Shown here piece after piece: positions 1 through 8,287 of a DNA stretch of 21,727 bases. Below the pieces are notes generated by a model that was given only the letters and a program-made list of their open reading frames with translations, was not told where the DNA came from and made no database searches. How positions within the stretch are numbered: position 1 is the first letter of the stretch; the number at the start of each line of letters is the position of its first letter. The stretch lies in the NCBI GenBank assembly GCA_046861395.1, contig JBHHUC010000034.1, positions 1-21,727 of the forward strand, read 5' to 3'. The stretch comes from Fidelibacterota bacterium (lineage in GTDB: Bacteria; Fidelibacterota; Marinisomatia; Marinisomatales; JABMOV01). The translations under genes and the position numbers were made by a program.

Positions 1-1
1 C

Positions 2-973
2 GGCATCCGGTCCCTGAACGTTGCCCTGAGACAAAAACTGGATCTGTACGCCTGTGTTCGTCCCGTACGCTGGTTCTCCGGCGTCCCCTCACCGGTTAAG
101 AAGCCGGAATTGGTGGATATGGTCATTTTCCGTGAAAATACCGAAGATATTTATGCCGGTATCGAGTGGATGAATGGAGAAGCGGACACTCATAAGGTCC
201 TTGATTTCTTCATTCAAACCATGAGTGTGAAAAACATTCGCTTTCCCAAGACGTCTTCCATCGGCGTCAAGCCGGTTTCCCAGGAAGGAACCTACCGCCT
301 GGTTCGTTCGGCCATCGAATACGCCCTGGCTCACGGTCGGAAATCCGTGACGCTGGTGCATAAAGGGAATATCATGAAGTTTACTGAAGGCGCTTTCAAG
401 AATTGGGGCTATCAGGTGGCAGAAGAAGAATATAGCGACCGTGTATTTACCTGGGCCCAGTATGATCGGATTAAGGCGGAAAAGGGAACCGATGCAGCCA
501 ATGAGGCACAGGACACGGCCTTGAAAAACGGGAAATTACTGGTTAAGGACTTCATTGCCGATGCCTTCCTGCAACAAATTCTCTTGCGTCCTGCCGAGTA
601 TGATATTGTAGCCACCCTTAATTTGAACGGTGATTATATTTCTGACGCATTAGCTGCCATTGTTGGCGGTATCGGAATTGCTCCGGGTGCCAATATCAAT
701 TATACATCCGGTCATGCCATTTTTGAAGCCACTCACGGGACGGCACCGAAATATGCTGGACAGGACAAGGTGAATCCGTCGTCTGTTATTCTCAGTGGTG
801 TGATGATGCTGGAACATCTTGGCTGGCAGGAAGCCGCAGATTTAATTGTAAACGGTATCGAAGGCGCGATCAATAAAAAACGTGTGACTTACGATTTTCA
901 TCGGCTGATGGATGGTGCCGTCAAACTGAAATGCTCGGAATTCGGTTCAGAAATCATTACAAATATGTCCTGA
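2..973 (+). CDS. icd: NADP-dependent isocitrate dehydrogenase, 5' part outside the window
   Basis: Frame is open from nt 2: [21 protein letters not shown]..., [65 protein letters not shown] are E. coli-type IDH motifs. Confidence 0.97.
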   Translation, partial: GIRSLNVALRQKLDLYACVRPVRWFSGVPSPVKKPELVDMVIFRENTEDIYAGIEWMNGEADTHKVLDFFIQTMSVKNIRFPKTSSIGVKPVSQEGTYRLVRSAIEYALAHGRKSVTLVHKGNIMKFTEGAFKNWGYQVAEEEYSDRVFTWAQYDRIKAEKGTDAANEAQDTALKNGKLLVKDFIADAFLQQILLRPAEYDIVATLNLNGDYISDALAAIVGGIGIAPGANINYTSGHAIFEATHGTAPKYAGQDKVNPSSVILSGVMMLEHLGWQEAADLIVNGIEGAINKKRVTYDFHRLMDGAVKLKCSEFGSEIITNMS

Positions 974-989
974 TCGACATCCGGTGAGT

Positions 990-1017
990 AAAAAGGGGCT
1001 CGTGAGCCCCTTTTTTT
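990..1017 (+). terminator. Rho-independent terminator after icd, probably bidirectional
   Basis: AAAAA-GGGGCT-cgtg-AGCCCC-TTTTTTT: GC stem with a T7 tail and a mirrored A-tract, 16 nt after the icd stop. Confidence 0.9.
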
Positions 1018-1085
1018 ATCCCTGTATTTCATTCCTGTGATTAAGTTATACCAACGAAGAATGACCAATTTATTATGAATCACCA

Positions 1086-2066
1086 ATGATGTTCATCGAT
1101 TTCACTGTAATTCAATGCGATGCCGGCAATGGCGGCCCGGGACTGATATCGTTTCGCCGTGAAAAGTTCGTGCCGAAAGGCGGTCCCAATGGCGGCGATG
1201 GCGGCCGGGGTGGTAATATTATTCTGAAGGTCGATCCCAACCTCCATACATTGCATGATATCCGGTATAACCGCCTATATAAGGCGCAAAACGGCCAACC
1301 GGGTGGCAGTAACAATAAAACGGGACGGAATGGCGAAGATATTATCATTCGTGTCCCACAGGGAACGCTGGTTCGCAATCAGGATACGGCTGAAATCGTT
1401 GCAGACCTGGTCAAGCCTGGTGAATCGTTCATCCTATGTGAGGGTGGAAAGGGTGGAAAGGGGAATACTCATTTCCGTACCGCACAACACCAAACTCCCC
1501 GCTATGCCCAACCGGGTTTACCTGGCGAATCGGGTCATTATGAACTGGAATTAAAGGTTCTGGCCGATGTGGGATTGGTTGGGTTTCACAATGCCGGAAA
1601 ATCCACTCTACTATCGGTGATTTCGGCGGCCAAACCGAAGATTGCCGATTATCCCTTTACAACCCTTGTTCCGAACCTCGGCATCGTCAAATATGGTGAT
1701 TATAAGTCCTTTGTCATTGCCGATATTCCCGGACTGATTGAAGGCGCCAGCGAAGGGAAGGGGCTGGGGCATCAATTTCTACGGCACGTGGAACGTAATC
1801 ATATCCTGCTTTTTCTCATCGATGGTAATGAAAGCGATCCAGAGCATACATTTCATCTGTTACTCCAGGAACTGAAAAAATATGATCCGGTCTTGCTGGA
1901 CAAGCCGCGTCTGGTGTTGCAGACCAAGTCAGATACATTAAATGAGGAGAGTCGACATCACTGGCAGGATGTTTCCTTCGCCTATATAACCATTTCGTCG
2001 GTTACAGGTCAAGGTATTCCCCAAGCCATTCAAAAAATAGGTGACTTATTGGATGCACTCCGATGA
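1086..2066 (+). CDS. obgE: GTPase ObgE/CgtA, short form without a C-terminal extension; start may be the ATG at 1089
   Basis: Gly-rich Obg fold (SFRREKFVPKGGPNGGDGGRGG), LELKVLADVGLVG, NAGKSTLL, KIADYPFTTLVPNLG, ADIPGLIEGASEGKGLGHQFLRHVER. Confidence 0.97.
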   Translation: MMFIDFTVIQCDAGNGGPGLISFRREKFVPKGGPNGGDGGRGGNIILKVDPNLHTLHDIRYNRLYKAQNGQPGGSNNKTGRNGEDIIIRVPQGTLVRNQDTAEIVADLVKPGESFILCEGGKGGKGNTHFRTAQHQTPRYAQPGLPGESGHYELELKVLADVGLVGFHNAGKSTLLSVISAAKPKIADYPFTTLVPNLGIVKYGDYKSFVIADIPGLIEGASEGKGLGHQFLRHVERNHILLFLIDGNESDPEHTFHLLLQELKKYDPVLLDKPRLVLQTKSDTLNEESRHHWQDVSFAYITISSVTGQGIPQAIQKIGDLLDALR

Positions 2067-3153
2067 ACTGATCGCCCTGTTGAACCTGATGAATGTTCCC
2101 CGGGTGGGAGCCGGGAGAATTCATGCTCTGCTGGCCCGGTTTAAGTCGCCGCAGGATATATGGGATTGCACTGTGAGTGATCTCTGCAGGGCGGAGGGAA
2201 TTAGTCAATCCATTGCCACGGCAATCACATCCTATCGTGATTTCGATTACGGTCAGCGACAAATGGAAATTGCATCTCGGCTATCAGTGACTATTCTGGC
2301 TTTTACTGATGAGCGATATCCCCATTTATTGAAAAAAATCTATTCACCGCCCATCGTTCTGTTTTCCAAGGGAACTCTGGGGCCAGTGCGGGAGGACTGT
2401 ATCGCAATCGTGGGAACCCGATCTGTGACGGCTTATGGTAAACGTGTGACGATGAACCTGACGGAAAGTTTGGCCCAAAACGGCCTGACCATCGTGAGCG
2501 GACTGGCGCTGGGTGTGGACACGATTGCCCACCGAACGGCTGTCAAATCCGGTGGCCGGACGATTGCCGTCCTGGGCAGCGGATTAGACCGCATTTATCC
2601 TGCCGAGAACCGGGGATTGTCCGAGGATATTGTTGCCCGGGATGGATTACTGCTTTCTGAATTCCCTTTCGGAACCAAACCGGAGGCAGGGAATTTCCCC
2701 CAGCGCAACCGAATTATCAGCGGATTGTCTCATGGTACGGTTGTGGTGGAGGCAGGGGACAAGTCTGGAGCCATGCTCACGGCCATGAATGCCGTGGATC
2801 AAAATCGGGATGTGTTTGCCGCTCCGGGTCGGATTTATGATAAACACAGTGTGGGTACCAATCGTCTCATTGCCCATGGCGCCGTTCCGATAAAGGATGG
2901 AAATCAAATCATTGAAGTCCTGCAACCACGATTATTTCAACCAACGCGACCGCGACAGGAAACCTTTGCCCTGGATTTATCGCCCGTGCAGCAACAGATC
3001 GTGGCGCAGTTACAGAACGATCCGATACAGATTGATGAATTAGCACTGTTGACAAAACTAGACACAACGACCTTACTGAGTGAATTATTGCAATTGGAAA
3101 TGAAGGGTGTGATCCGGCAGTTGGCCGGGAAAATGTTCATCGTCACCCGTTAG
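2053..3153 (+). CDS. dprA: DNA-processing protein DprA; ATG at 2053 preferred to GTG at 2041
   Basis: YPHLLKKIYSPPIVLF, IAIVGTR, IVSGLALGVDTIAH, FPQRNRIISGLS, VVVEAGDKSGAMLTA, and a C-terminal winged helix (LLQLEMKGVIRQLAG). Confidence 0.95.
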   Translation: MHSDELIALLNLMNVPRVGAGRIHALLARFKSPQDIWDCTVSDLCRAEGISQSIATAITSYRDFDYGQRQMEIASRLSVTILAFTDERYPHLLKKIYSPPIVLFSKGTLGPVREDCIAIVGTRSVTAYGKRVTMNLTESLAQNGLTIVSGLALGVDTIAHRTAVKSGGRTIAVLGSGLDRIYPAENRGLSEDIVARDGLLLSEFPFGTKPEAGNFPQRNRIISGLSHGTVVVEAGDKSGAMLTAMNAVDQNRDVFAAPGRIYDKHSVGTNRLIAHGAVPIKDGNQIIEVLQPRLFQPTRPRQETFALDLSPVQQQIVAQLQNDPIQIDELALLTKLDTTTLLSELLQLEMKGVIRQLAGKMFIVTR

Positions 3154-3164
3154 GCGAAATGATT

Positions 3165-3193
3165 TTGTTGGGAGGGATTGTACACAGTAATTT
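3165..3193 (+). promoter_or_regulatory. Putative sigma70-type promoter for tRNA-Ser
   Basis: TTGTTG (3165-3170), 17-nt spacer, TAATTT (3188-3193), followed by CGCC, about 30 nt upstream of the tRNA. Confidence 0.4.
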
Positions 3194-3224
3194 CGCCAAC
3201 TGTTTTTCGACGAGAAACAATTAT

Positions 3225-3314
3225 GGAGAGGTGGCCGAGCTGGCTGAAGGCGCTCGCCTGCTAAGTGAGTAACTGGGGAAACCTGGTTCGAGGGTTCGAA
3301 TCCCTCCCTCTCCG
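3225..3314 (+). tRNA. tRNA-Ser (anticodon GCT), long variable arm, CCA not encoded
   Basis: Acceptor stem GGAGAGG/CCTCTCC plus discriminator G; D-arm GCCGAGCTGGCTGAAGGC; anticodon arm CTCGC-CT-GCT-AA-GTGAG; long variable arm; T-arm GAGGG-TTCGAAT-CCCTC. Confidence 0.96.
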
Positions 3315-3349
3315 CACTACGTCCCGATTGTTATCGGGACTTCGTGCGG
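3312..3349. repeat. Bulged hairpin (REP-like), repeated at 3774-3811
   Basis: CCGCAC-TAC-GTCCCGAT-tgtt-ATCGGGAC-TTC-GTGCGG. Confidence 0.85.
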
Positions 3350-3486
3350 CAGGCCGCACTTTACCACTCAAGTTAGATATTTTGTGTTTCGTGCCGCACT
3401 TGCCGGATTACGTCAGCAAACCACTCAGAATTCTTTAATAGCCCAATGTTTTATCGGAAGCAATTAAATTATATTTTCGGGAGAAA

Positions 3487-3750
3487 ATGTTTATGTGGTA
3501 CGTGTATTGTCTGGAAAATAGGGAGAAGGATTTTCTCTACATTGGATCAACGAATGATCTGAAACGTCGGTTGGAGGAACACCGGAATGGTTATAGCCGG
3601 GCAACGAAAAGTCATCTCCCGCTACATTTGTCTGCCTATATTGCTTTGGATTCAGAGGTCAAGGCAAGAAAATTGGAGAAATACTTTAAGACTGGTTCCG
3701 GTAAAGCAATTCTCAGGAAACGAATTTTACAAACCGAAGTCGCGGTTTAG
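3487..3750 (+). CDS. Small stand-alone GIY-YIG nuclease family protein (UPF0213/SLX1-like)
   Basis: WYVYCL...LYIGSTNDLKRRLEEHRNG...ATK...ARKLEKYFKTGSG shows the GIY-YIG strands, conserved Arg, and the catalytic Glu helix; GGGAGA RBS upstream. Confidence 0.9.
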   Translation: MFMWYVYCLENREKDFLYIGSTNDLKRRLEEHRNGYSRATKSHLPLHLSAYIALDSEVKARKLEKYFKTGSGKAILRKRILQTEVAV

Positions 3751-3762
3751 CGACGCAGGTTT
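3731..3762. repeat. Bulged hairpin overlapping the GIY-YIG stop codon
   Basis: AAACC-GAA-GTCGC-ggttta-GCGAC-GCA-GGTTT. Confidence 0.75.
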
Positions 3763-3948
3763 GCCCTCCCTCTCCGCACTACGTCCCGATTGTTATCGGG
3801 ACTTCGTGCGGCAGGCCGCACTTTACCACTCAAGTTAGATATTTTGTGTTTCGTGCCGCACTTGCCGGATTACGTCAGCAAACCACTCAGAATTCTTTAA
3901 TAGCCCAATGTTTTATCGGAAGCAATTAAATTATATTTTCGGGAGAAA

Positions 3949-4101
3949 ATGTTTATGTGGTACGTGTATTGTCTGGAAAATAGGGAGAAGGATTTTCTCT
4001 ACATTGGATCAACGAATGATCTGAAACGTCGGTTGGAGGAACACCGGAATGGTTATAGCCGGGCAACGAAAAGTCATTTATTCCTGGAAACTGGCCCTTA
4101 A
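3949..4101 (+). pseudogene. Truncated second copy of the GIY-YIG gene (50 codons)
   Basis: First 43 codons are identical to 3487-3615, then the frame reads into the antisense of the neighbouring gene and stops at TAA 4099-4101; the catalytic Glu helix is missing. Confidence 0.85.
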
Positions 4102-4485
4102 TATTTCAATCATATCCGTTTCCGAGGTGAATACGATACCATCCGCTTCCGTTAGTTCGATGAGCTGGGGCAGGAGTTTTTCTCTCAGATAATCCAGTGG
4201 AAAATGTTCTTTTATATGGGCGGTACACAGTTTCAAATGCTCCTGTCTCTCCAACGAATCCATTTCAAGGATTTTCTGACCGGCTTCTCGTAGAACGTCC
4301 ATGGCATGAGTTCGGTTGTGGTCTGGGAACATGGTTATTAGGATATCGGCCCAGGATTCCCGTTCTTCAAAATCAATGCGTCCGTCCGCCAGTTGAATAC
4401 ATACAATGATATGTGTAACCAGTTCCAGAGGAGAATAATCAACAACCTCTTTTCCTTTTTTCGATTCCTTACTAAAAAGACCCAT
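4078..4485 (-). CDS. TerB-like (tellurite resistance family) helical protein
   Basis: Paired motifs LADGRIDFEE and EADGIVFTSE are typical of the TerB fold; GAAGGAG RBS precedes the ATG at 4485 (MGLFSKE). Confidence 0.75.
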   Translation of the reverse strand: MGLFSKESKKGKEVVDYSPLELVTHIIVCIQLADGRIDFEERESWADILITMFPDHNRTHAMDVLREAGQKILEMDSLERQEHLKLCTAHIKEHFPLDYLREKLLPQLIELTEADGIVFTSETDMIEILRASFQE

Positions 4486-4487
4486 AA

Positions 4488-4769
4488 TTACTCCTTCGTT
4501 TCGGCCCATTCATCCGGGGTTAGTGTTTTCATGCTCAGGGCATGGAATTCGTTCTGTATCAATGGTAGTAGAATGGTATGATTACGTCGCTGCCGGTCAA
4601 TCAGGGATAATCCCTTAAGTGTGGAAGACACGATGAATGCTTTTATATGTGCTTCACCTGAATGCTGGGCACGATGCTGGTAACCGGCTGAGAAATCTTT
4701 TATCTCAATATGAGCCGGCGGTATCCACATTTCCACTTTTAAACTGGTTTTGTCAAATATTGATTCCAT
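4488..4769 (-). CDS. bolA: BolA family protein, divergent
   Basis: IEIKDFS...HIKAFIVSSTLKGLSLIDRQR...FHALSMKTLTPDEW matches the BolA pattern (H-x-x-x-IVS..F.GLS.V.RHR..IHAL.L.T.TP.EW); AGGA RBS before the ATG at 4769. Confidence 0.8.
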   Translation of the reverse strand: MESIFDKTSLKVEMWIPPAHIEIKDFSAGYQHRAQHSGEAHIKAFIVSSTLKGLSLIDRQRRNHTILLPLIQNEFHALSMKTLTPDEWAETKE

Positions 4770-4808
4770 CGCGTTTCCTATTGACAAATTGTGTAACTAA
4801 TTTACTGT

Positions 4809-5198
4809 ATGACAAACGAAGAACAACCGTTTAGAATAACGGAAGAAGATAAGAAAAAGTACGAAAAACTCATTGCAGAATTTGACCTGTCAGCCAAACA
4901 GGAAATTCTAGAAAAGATCCCTGATAAACTGGCCGGTATTCTGGGGAAGAGAAATATTTCGCGCTACCAACAGGAATTGATCGAAGATATTTCACGATTA
5001 TACGCAGTTTTAAAGAACGTCCCTGATCTGGAGGAAGCCGTTCAGAAACGCATTCTGTTTGCCCTGAAATATTTTAACGATCCTGATGATGATATTCCCG
5101 ATGATACACCCGTTATCGGTTATCTGGATGATGCGGTTCTGGTACATTGGATTGCGGAGCAAACTCTGGCGGAGTATGCTCATATTTTTGAAGCGTAA
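4809..5198 (+). CDS. YkvA/DUF1232 family protein
   Basis: ALKYFNDPDDDIPDDTPVIGYLDDAVLV matches the DUF1232 signature Y..SP.D.IPD..P..G.LDD. Confidence 0.85.
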   Translation: MTNEEQPFRITEEDKKKYEKLIAEFDLSAKQEILEKIPDKLAGILGKRNISRYQQELIEDISRLYAVLKNVPDLEEAVQKRILFALKYFNDPDDDIPDDTPVIGYLDDAVLVHWIAEQTLAEYAHIFEA

Positions 5199-5204
5199 CG
5201 CGAA

Positions 5205-5402
5205 TTATTCAGCGAAATCTTCTTCGGCAAATTGCCACTGACAGGAGGGACACCACCAAGGTTTCCCAAAATAGGTCGATTTTTGCTCCAGAAGTTGCAT
5301 GGATTGACCACATTTCGGACATTCGCGTTGACTACCGGGTGCAGGCCATTGATAATCGGATTTGAACCGATAGGGTGGGTCTGGTATTTCATGCTTATTC
5401 AT
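5205..5402 (-). CDS. Small zinc-ribbon protein (CPKCG...CPSC), 65 aa
   Basis: Two CPxC knuckles, fills the gap between YkvA and plsX without overlap, ATG start. Confidence 0.65.
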   Translation of the reverse strand: MNKHEIPDPPYRFKSDYQWPAPGSQRECPKCGQSMQLLEQKSTYFGKPWWCPSCQWQFAEEDFAE

Positions 5403-5475
5403 GGTGGAAATTTAATTGCAACCGCGGGGACGATTCCATAATGTCTTAGTATTAATTTCATACGAAGGGAATAAA

Positions 5476-6540
5476 ATGAGTTCCATTACAATTGCAGTAG
5501 ATGCCATGGGTGGCGACGATGCTCCGGAACCGATAGTCGAAGGGGCAATTCTGGCGGCCAATGCCAACCCGGTCAAGATATTACTTGTCGGAGATAGGGA
5601 ACAGATTGAACCTCTCCTGGCTAAGGCAAAATATCCCGAAAATTCTATTGAAGTTGTACATACCTCGGAATGGATAACTATGGGAGATTCCCCCAAAACT
5701 GCTGTGGAAGAAAAAACCGATTCTTCCATTGTGCGGGCCGCCGCCCTGGTAGCAGGAGGCCGAGCACAGGCTCTGGTCAGCGCAGGGAGCACCGGTTCGG
5801 TTGTCTTATCTGCTGCCCGTAATATTCCCCGGATAAAAGGCGTACGGCGTACGGCCATCGCCACGGTTTACCCGACCATGAATGAATTGGAGCGCTCCGA
5901 CCTATTGTGTCTGATTCTTGATGTGGGAGCCAATGTCCAATGTTCGGCCGAGGAAATAGTGCAATTCGCCATCATGGGAGCTGCCTACGTATCTGATATT
6001 CGTGGTATTCCTTCACCCAAGGTCGCCCTGTTGAATATAGGGGAGGAATCGTCTAAAGGCGGAGAAAAACTCCAATCCGCCTATCGTATGCTGGAAAATG
6101 CCGAGGGGATTAATTTTATCGGCAATATCGAAGGAAAGGATTTACTGCGGGGAATGGCCGATGTCGTAGTAACGGAAGGATTTGTAGGGAATATTGTCAT
6201 AAAAACGCTGGAAGGTGCAGCCCGGACTATGAGTAATCTGGGGAAAATAGCTTTTAAAACACGATTAATCTGGAAAATCGGTCTAATCATGTTGCGTAAA
6301 GGATTAGCCATGCTGAAGGAAGTAACCGATTATTCTGAATACGGGGGAGCCCCGCTGCTGGGATTTGAGAAAATTGTCATTATAGCTCATGGCCGCAGCA
6401 ATGCCAAGGCCATTTCCAATGCGATTAAACTGGCTGGAAAATGTGTCCGGGACGATGTATGTGGTAAAATCGCATTGAATATTAGCGCTTTCGAACAATC
6501 ACCGGAGCAGGAATACAGCCGTATGACCCAATCCATGTGA
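5476..6540 (+). CDS. plsX: Phosphate acyltransferase PlsX
   Basis: IAVDAMGGDDAP, LVSAGSTG, ILDVGAN, ALLNIGEESSKG, FIGNIEG, DVVVTEGFVGNIVIK, YGGAPLLG, AHGRS; GAAGGG RBS before the ATG at 5476. Confidence 0.95.
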   Translation: MSSITIAVDAMGGDDAPEPIVEGAILAANANPVKILLVGDREQIEPLLAKAKYPENSIEVVHTSEWITMGDSPKTAVEEKTDSSIVRAAALVAGGRAQALVSAGSTGSVVLSAARNIPRIKGVRRTAIATVYPTMNELERSDLLCLILDVGANVQCSAEEIVQFAIMGAAYVSDIRGIPSPKVALLNIGEESSKGGEKLQSAYRMLENAEGINFIGNIEGKDLLRGMADVVVTEGFVGNIVIKTLEGAARTMSNLGKIAFKTRLIWKIGLIMLRKGLAMLKEVTDYSEYGGAPLLGFEKIVIIAHGRSNAKAISNAIKLAGKCVRDDVCGKIALNISAFEQSPEQEYSRMTQSM

Positions 6541-6562
6541 GCATCGGGAATTCTTTCTGATC

Positions 6563-8287
6563 ATGACCATGAAACGCTATATACTCCCTCTACTCATCTT
6601 CCTGGCCGGTTGTGCCTATTTCAATACCTATTACAATGCAGAACAATATTTCGAACAGGGAGAAAAAATCCGGATGGAAAATGCCGGAGGGAAGCTGCCT
6701 GCCGCGGCCATTGATGCCTATTCGAAGGTGATTGAAAAAACGAATAAAGTTCTGGAAAAATATCCGGACTCCAAATTCCATGACCCGGCTATCCTGCTCA
6801 TGGGGAAGGCGTATTTCTATAAAAAGGATTATGCCAATGCTGAACTCCGGTTCAAACAACTCCAGTCCGCATCGGGTTCTGAATACGCTGAGGAATCCCA
6901 GTATTGGTTGGCCTTGTGTAAATGGAAGTTCGGCAAGACCCAGGCGGCCCTCGATGACTTAACGGAGATCCTGGAGCAGACACGGAACAAGCATACCAAA
7001 ACGACAATTCACTTGTCACTGGCAAATATATACCTGGAATTGAATAACAATAAGTTGGCTTTTGCCCACCTCGAAGATGCGGCCCGACTGTCCACCAATG
7101 ATGCAGAACGGGGACAAATCTATGTTCGTCTGGCTACCCTGGCGTATGATAAAAAAAAGTGGGAGCGGGCCCTGAAATCCTATCGCAATGTAATCAAATA
7201 TTCCCTGTCTAAAAAGCATGTGGAAAATGCCAATTTAATGATTGTGCGCCTCTATCGCATGCTGGGTGAACTGGATAAAGCCGGGAATCGAATCAAAATC
7301 ATGTTATTGGATGACAGTTTTAAATCCATCTGGGCGGCTCTGGAACTGGAATTGGCAAAACTGTACCAGGAACAAAACCGAAACGAAGAAGCCTTGACCC
7401 GTCTGGCTTCCATCACAGAAACCTATCCCAAAACGCCGGCGGCGGCCGAAGCTTATTATCTTTTAGGTGAACATCAATTATTGCAGGTGTGGGATCTGGA
7501 AAATGCCCGGAAATATTATCAAAATGTGAAACGTGAATCCCGGAAATCGGAATTTGGTCCGGCCGCCGACTTGAAAGTCAAAGAAATCACTGCCTACCTA
7601 GACACCTGGGAAAACATACGAACTGAGTTGAATCGTGCGGCGGAACCGGATACTACAGCCAGCGATAGCGTGGAGCAGGTTGAGGAACCCCCGGAAGCAA
7701 TTGATCTCAGTCAGGAGTACATGACGCTGGGTGAATTGGAAGCATTTCACTTTCAACAGCCTGATTCGGCCATCATTCATTTCGGCGTTGTCGCCCGGGA
7801 ATATCCCGAGGCCACGGAACACCCCAGAGCTTTGTTTACCCTGGCTTATCTGTTGGATGAAAAAGGAGACACCAGCGCGGCAGAATCCTATGAAAATCAG
7901 ATATTGGAACAATATCCTAAATCGGATTATGCCGTATTTATCCGTAAAAAACGGGGATTGGTGGAAACGGTGAGCAGCAGTTCCACCCTCCTGACAGAAG
8001 CAGAAACACTGCGGGAAAAGGATGTTTCAATGGCATTGGATTCGTATCTCAATATTCTGGCCACTGATTCCAGCAGTGAATCATCGCTGCTGGCCGGATT
8101 TTATATAGCGGACTATTATGATGAAATCCAACCCGACCCGGAAAAAGCTATCAACTATTATGAGTGGGTGAATCGGCATTTTCCGGATACCGATCAGGCC
8201 GCCGTGTCTCGCGAAAGGATTGCCTTCATCAATCGAATCCTGGAGGCTGCCAAACCGGATACAACGCAGGATCAGTCGCTTGATTAA
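6563..8287 (+). CDS. TPR-repeat lipoprotein
   Basis: Signal peptide II with lipobox LAGC followed by AYFNTYYNA; repeated TPR-like helix pairs with YP.S/T turns (KYPDSK, TYPKTP, QYPKSD). Confidence 0.85.
   Translation: MTMKRYILPLLIFLAGCAYFNTYYNAEQYFEQGEKIRMENAGGKLPAAAIDAYSKVIEKTNKVLEKYPDSKFHDPAILLMGKAYFYKKDYANAELRFKQLQSASGSEYAEESQYWLALCKWKFGKTQAALDDLTEILEQTRNKHTKTTIHLSLANIYLELNNNKLAFAHLEDAARLSTNDAERGQIYVRLATLAYDKKKWERALKSYRNVIKYSLSKKHVENANLMIVRLYRMLGELDKAGNRIKIMLLDDSFKSIWAALELELAKLYQEQNRNEEALTRLASITETYPKTPAAAEAYYLLGEHQLLQVWDLENARKYYQNVKRESRKSEFGPAADLKVKEITAYLDTWENIRTELNRAAEPDTTASDSVEQVEEPPEAIDLSQEYMTLGELEAFHFQQPDSAIIHFGVVAREYPEATEHPRALFTLAYLLDEKGDTSAAESYENQILEQYPKSDYAVFIRKKRGLVETVSSSSTLLTEAETLREKDVSMALDSYLNILATDSSSESSLLAGFYIADYYDEIQPDPEKAINYYEWVNRHFPDTDQAAVSRERIAFINRILEAAKPDTTQDQSLD

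Larger units (their letters stand above)
3302..4077 (+). repeat. Tandem direct repeat with a 462-bp period: full unit 3302-3763 and partial second copy 3764-4077
   Basis: 3302-3615 and 3764-4077 (314 bp) read identically by eye, from CCCTCCCTCTCCGCACTACG to GCAACGAAAAGTCAT. Confidence 0.95.

Noticed and set aside
3312..3428. Short sub-repeats CCGCACT (3312, 3354, 3394) and ACCACTCA (3363, 3420), considered as a CRISPR-like or iteron array
   Set aside because: Only 7-8 nt long, spacing not constant, no 23-47 nt conserved repeat and no cas genes in the window.
3764..3776. tRNA 3' fragment as attR of a prophage or integrative island
   Set aside because: Only 462 bp from the tRNA, no integrase, and the duplication extends 300 bp beyond the tRNA sequence; treated as part of the tandem unit.
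3587..3838. 83-aa ORF overlapping the GIY-YIG gene and the repeat junction
   Set aside because: Alternative frame crossing hairpin and tRNA-derived sequence, with no recognisable motifs.
4749..4788. TTTGTCAA...TTGACAAA inverted repeat and a perfect TTGACA at 4781
   Set aside because: One arm lies in bolA coding sequence, and the only matching -10 (TACTGT) abuts the YkvA ATG, leaving no room for a start site.
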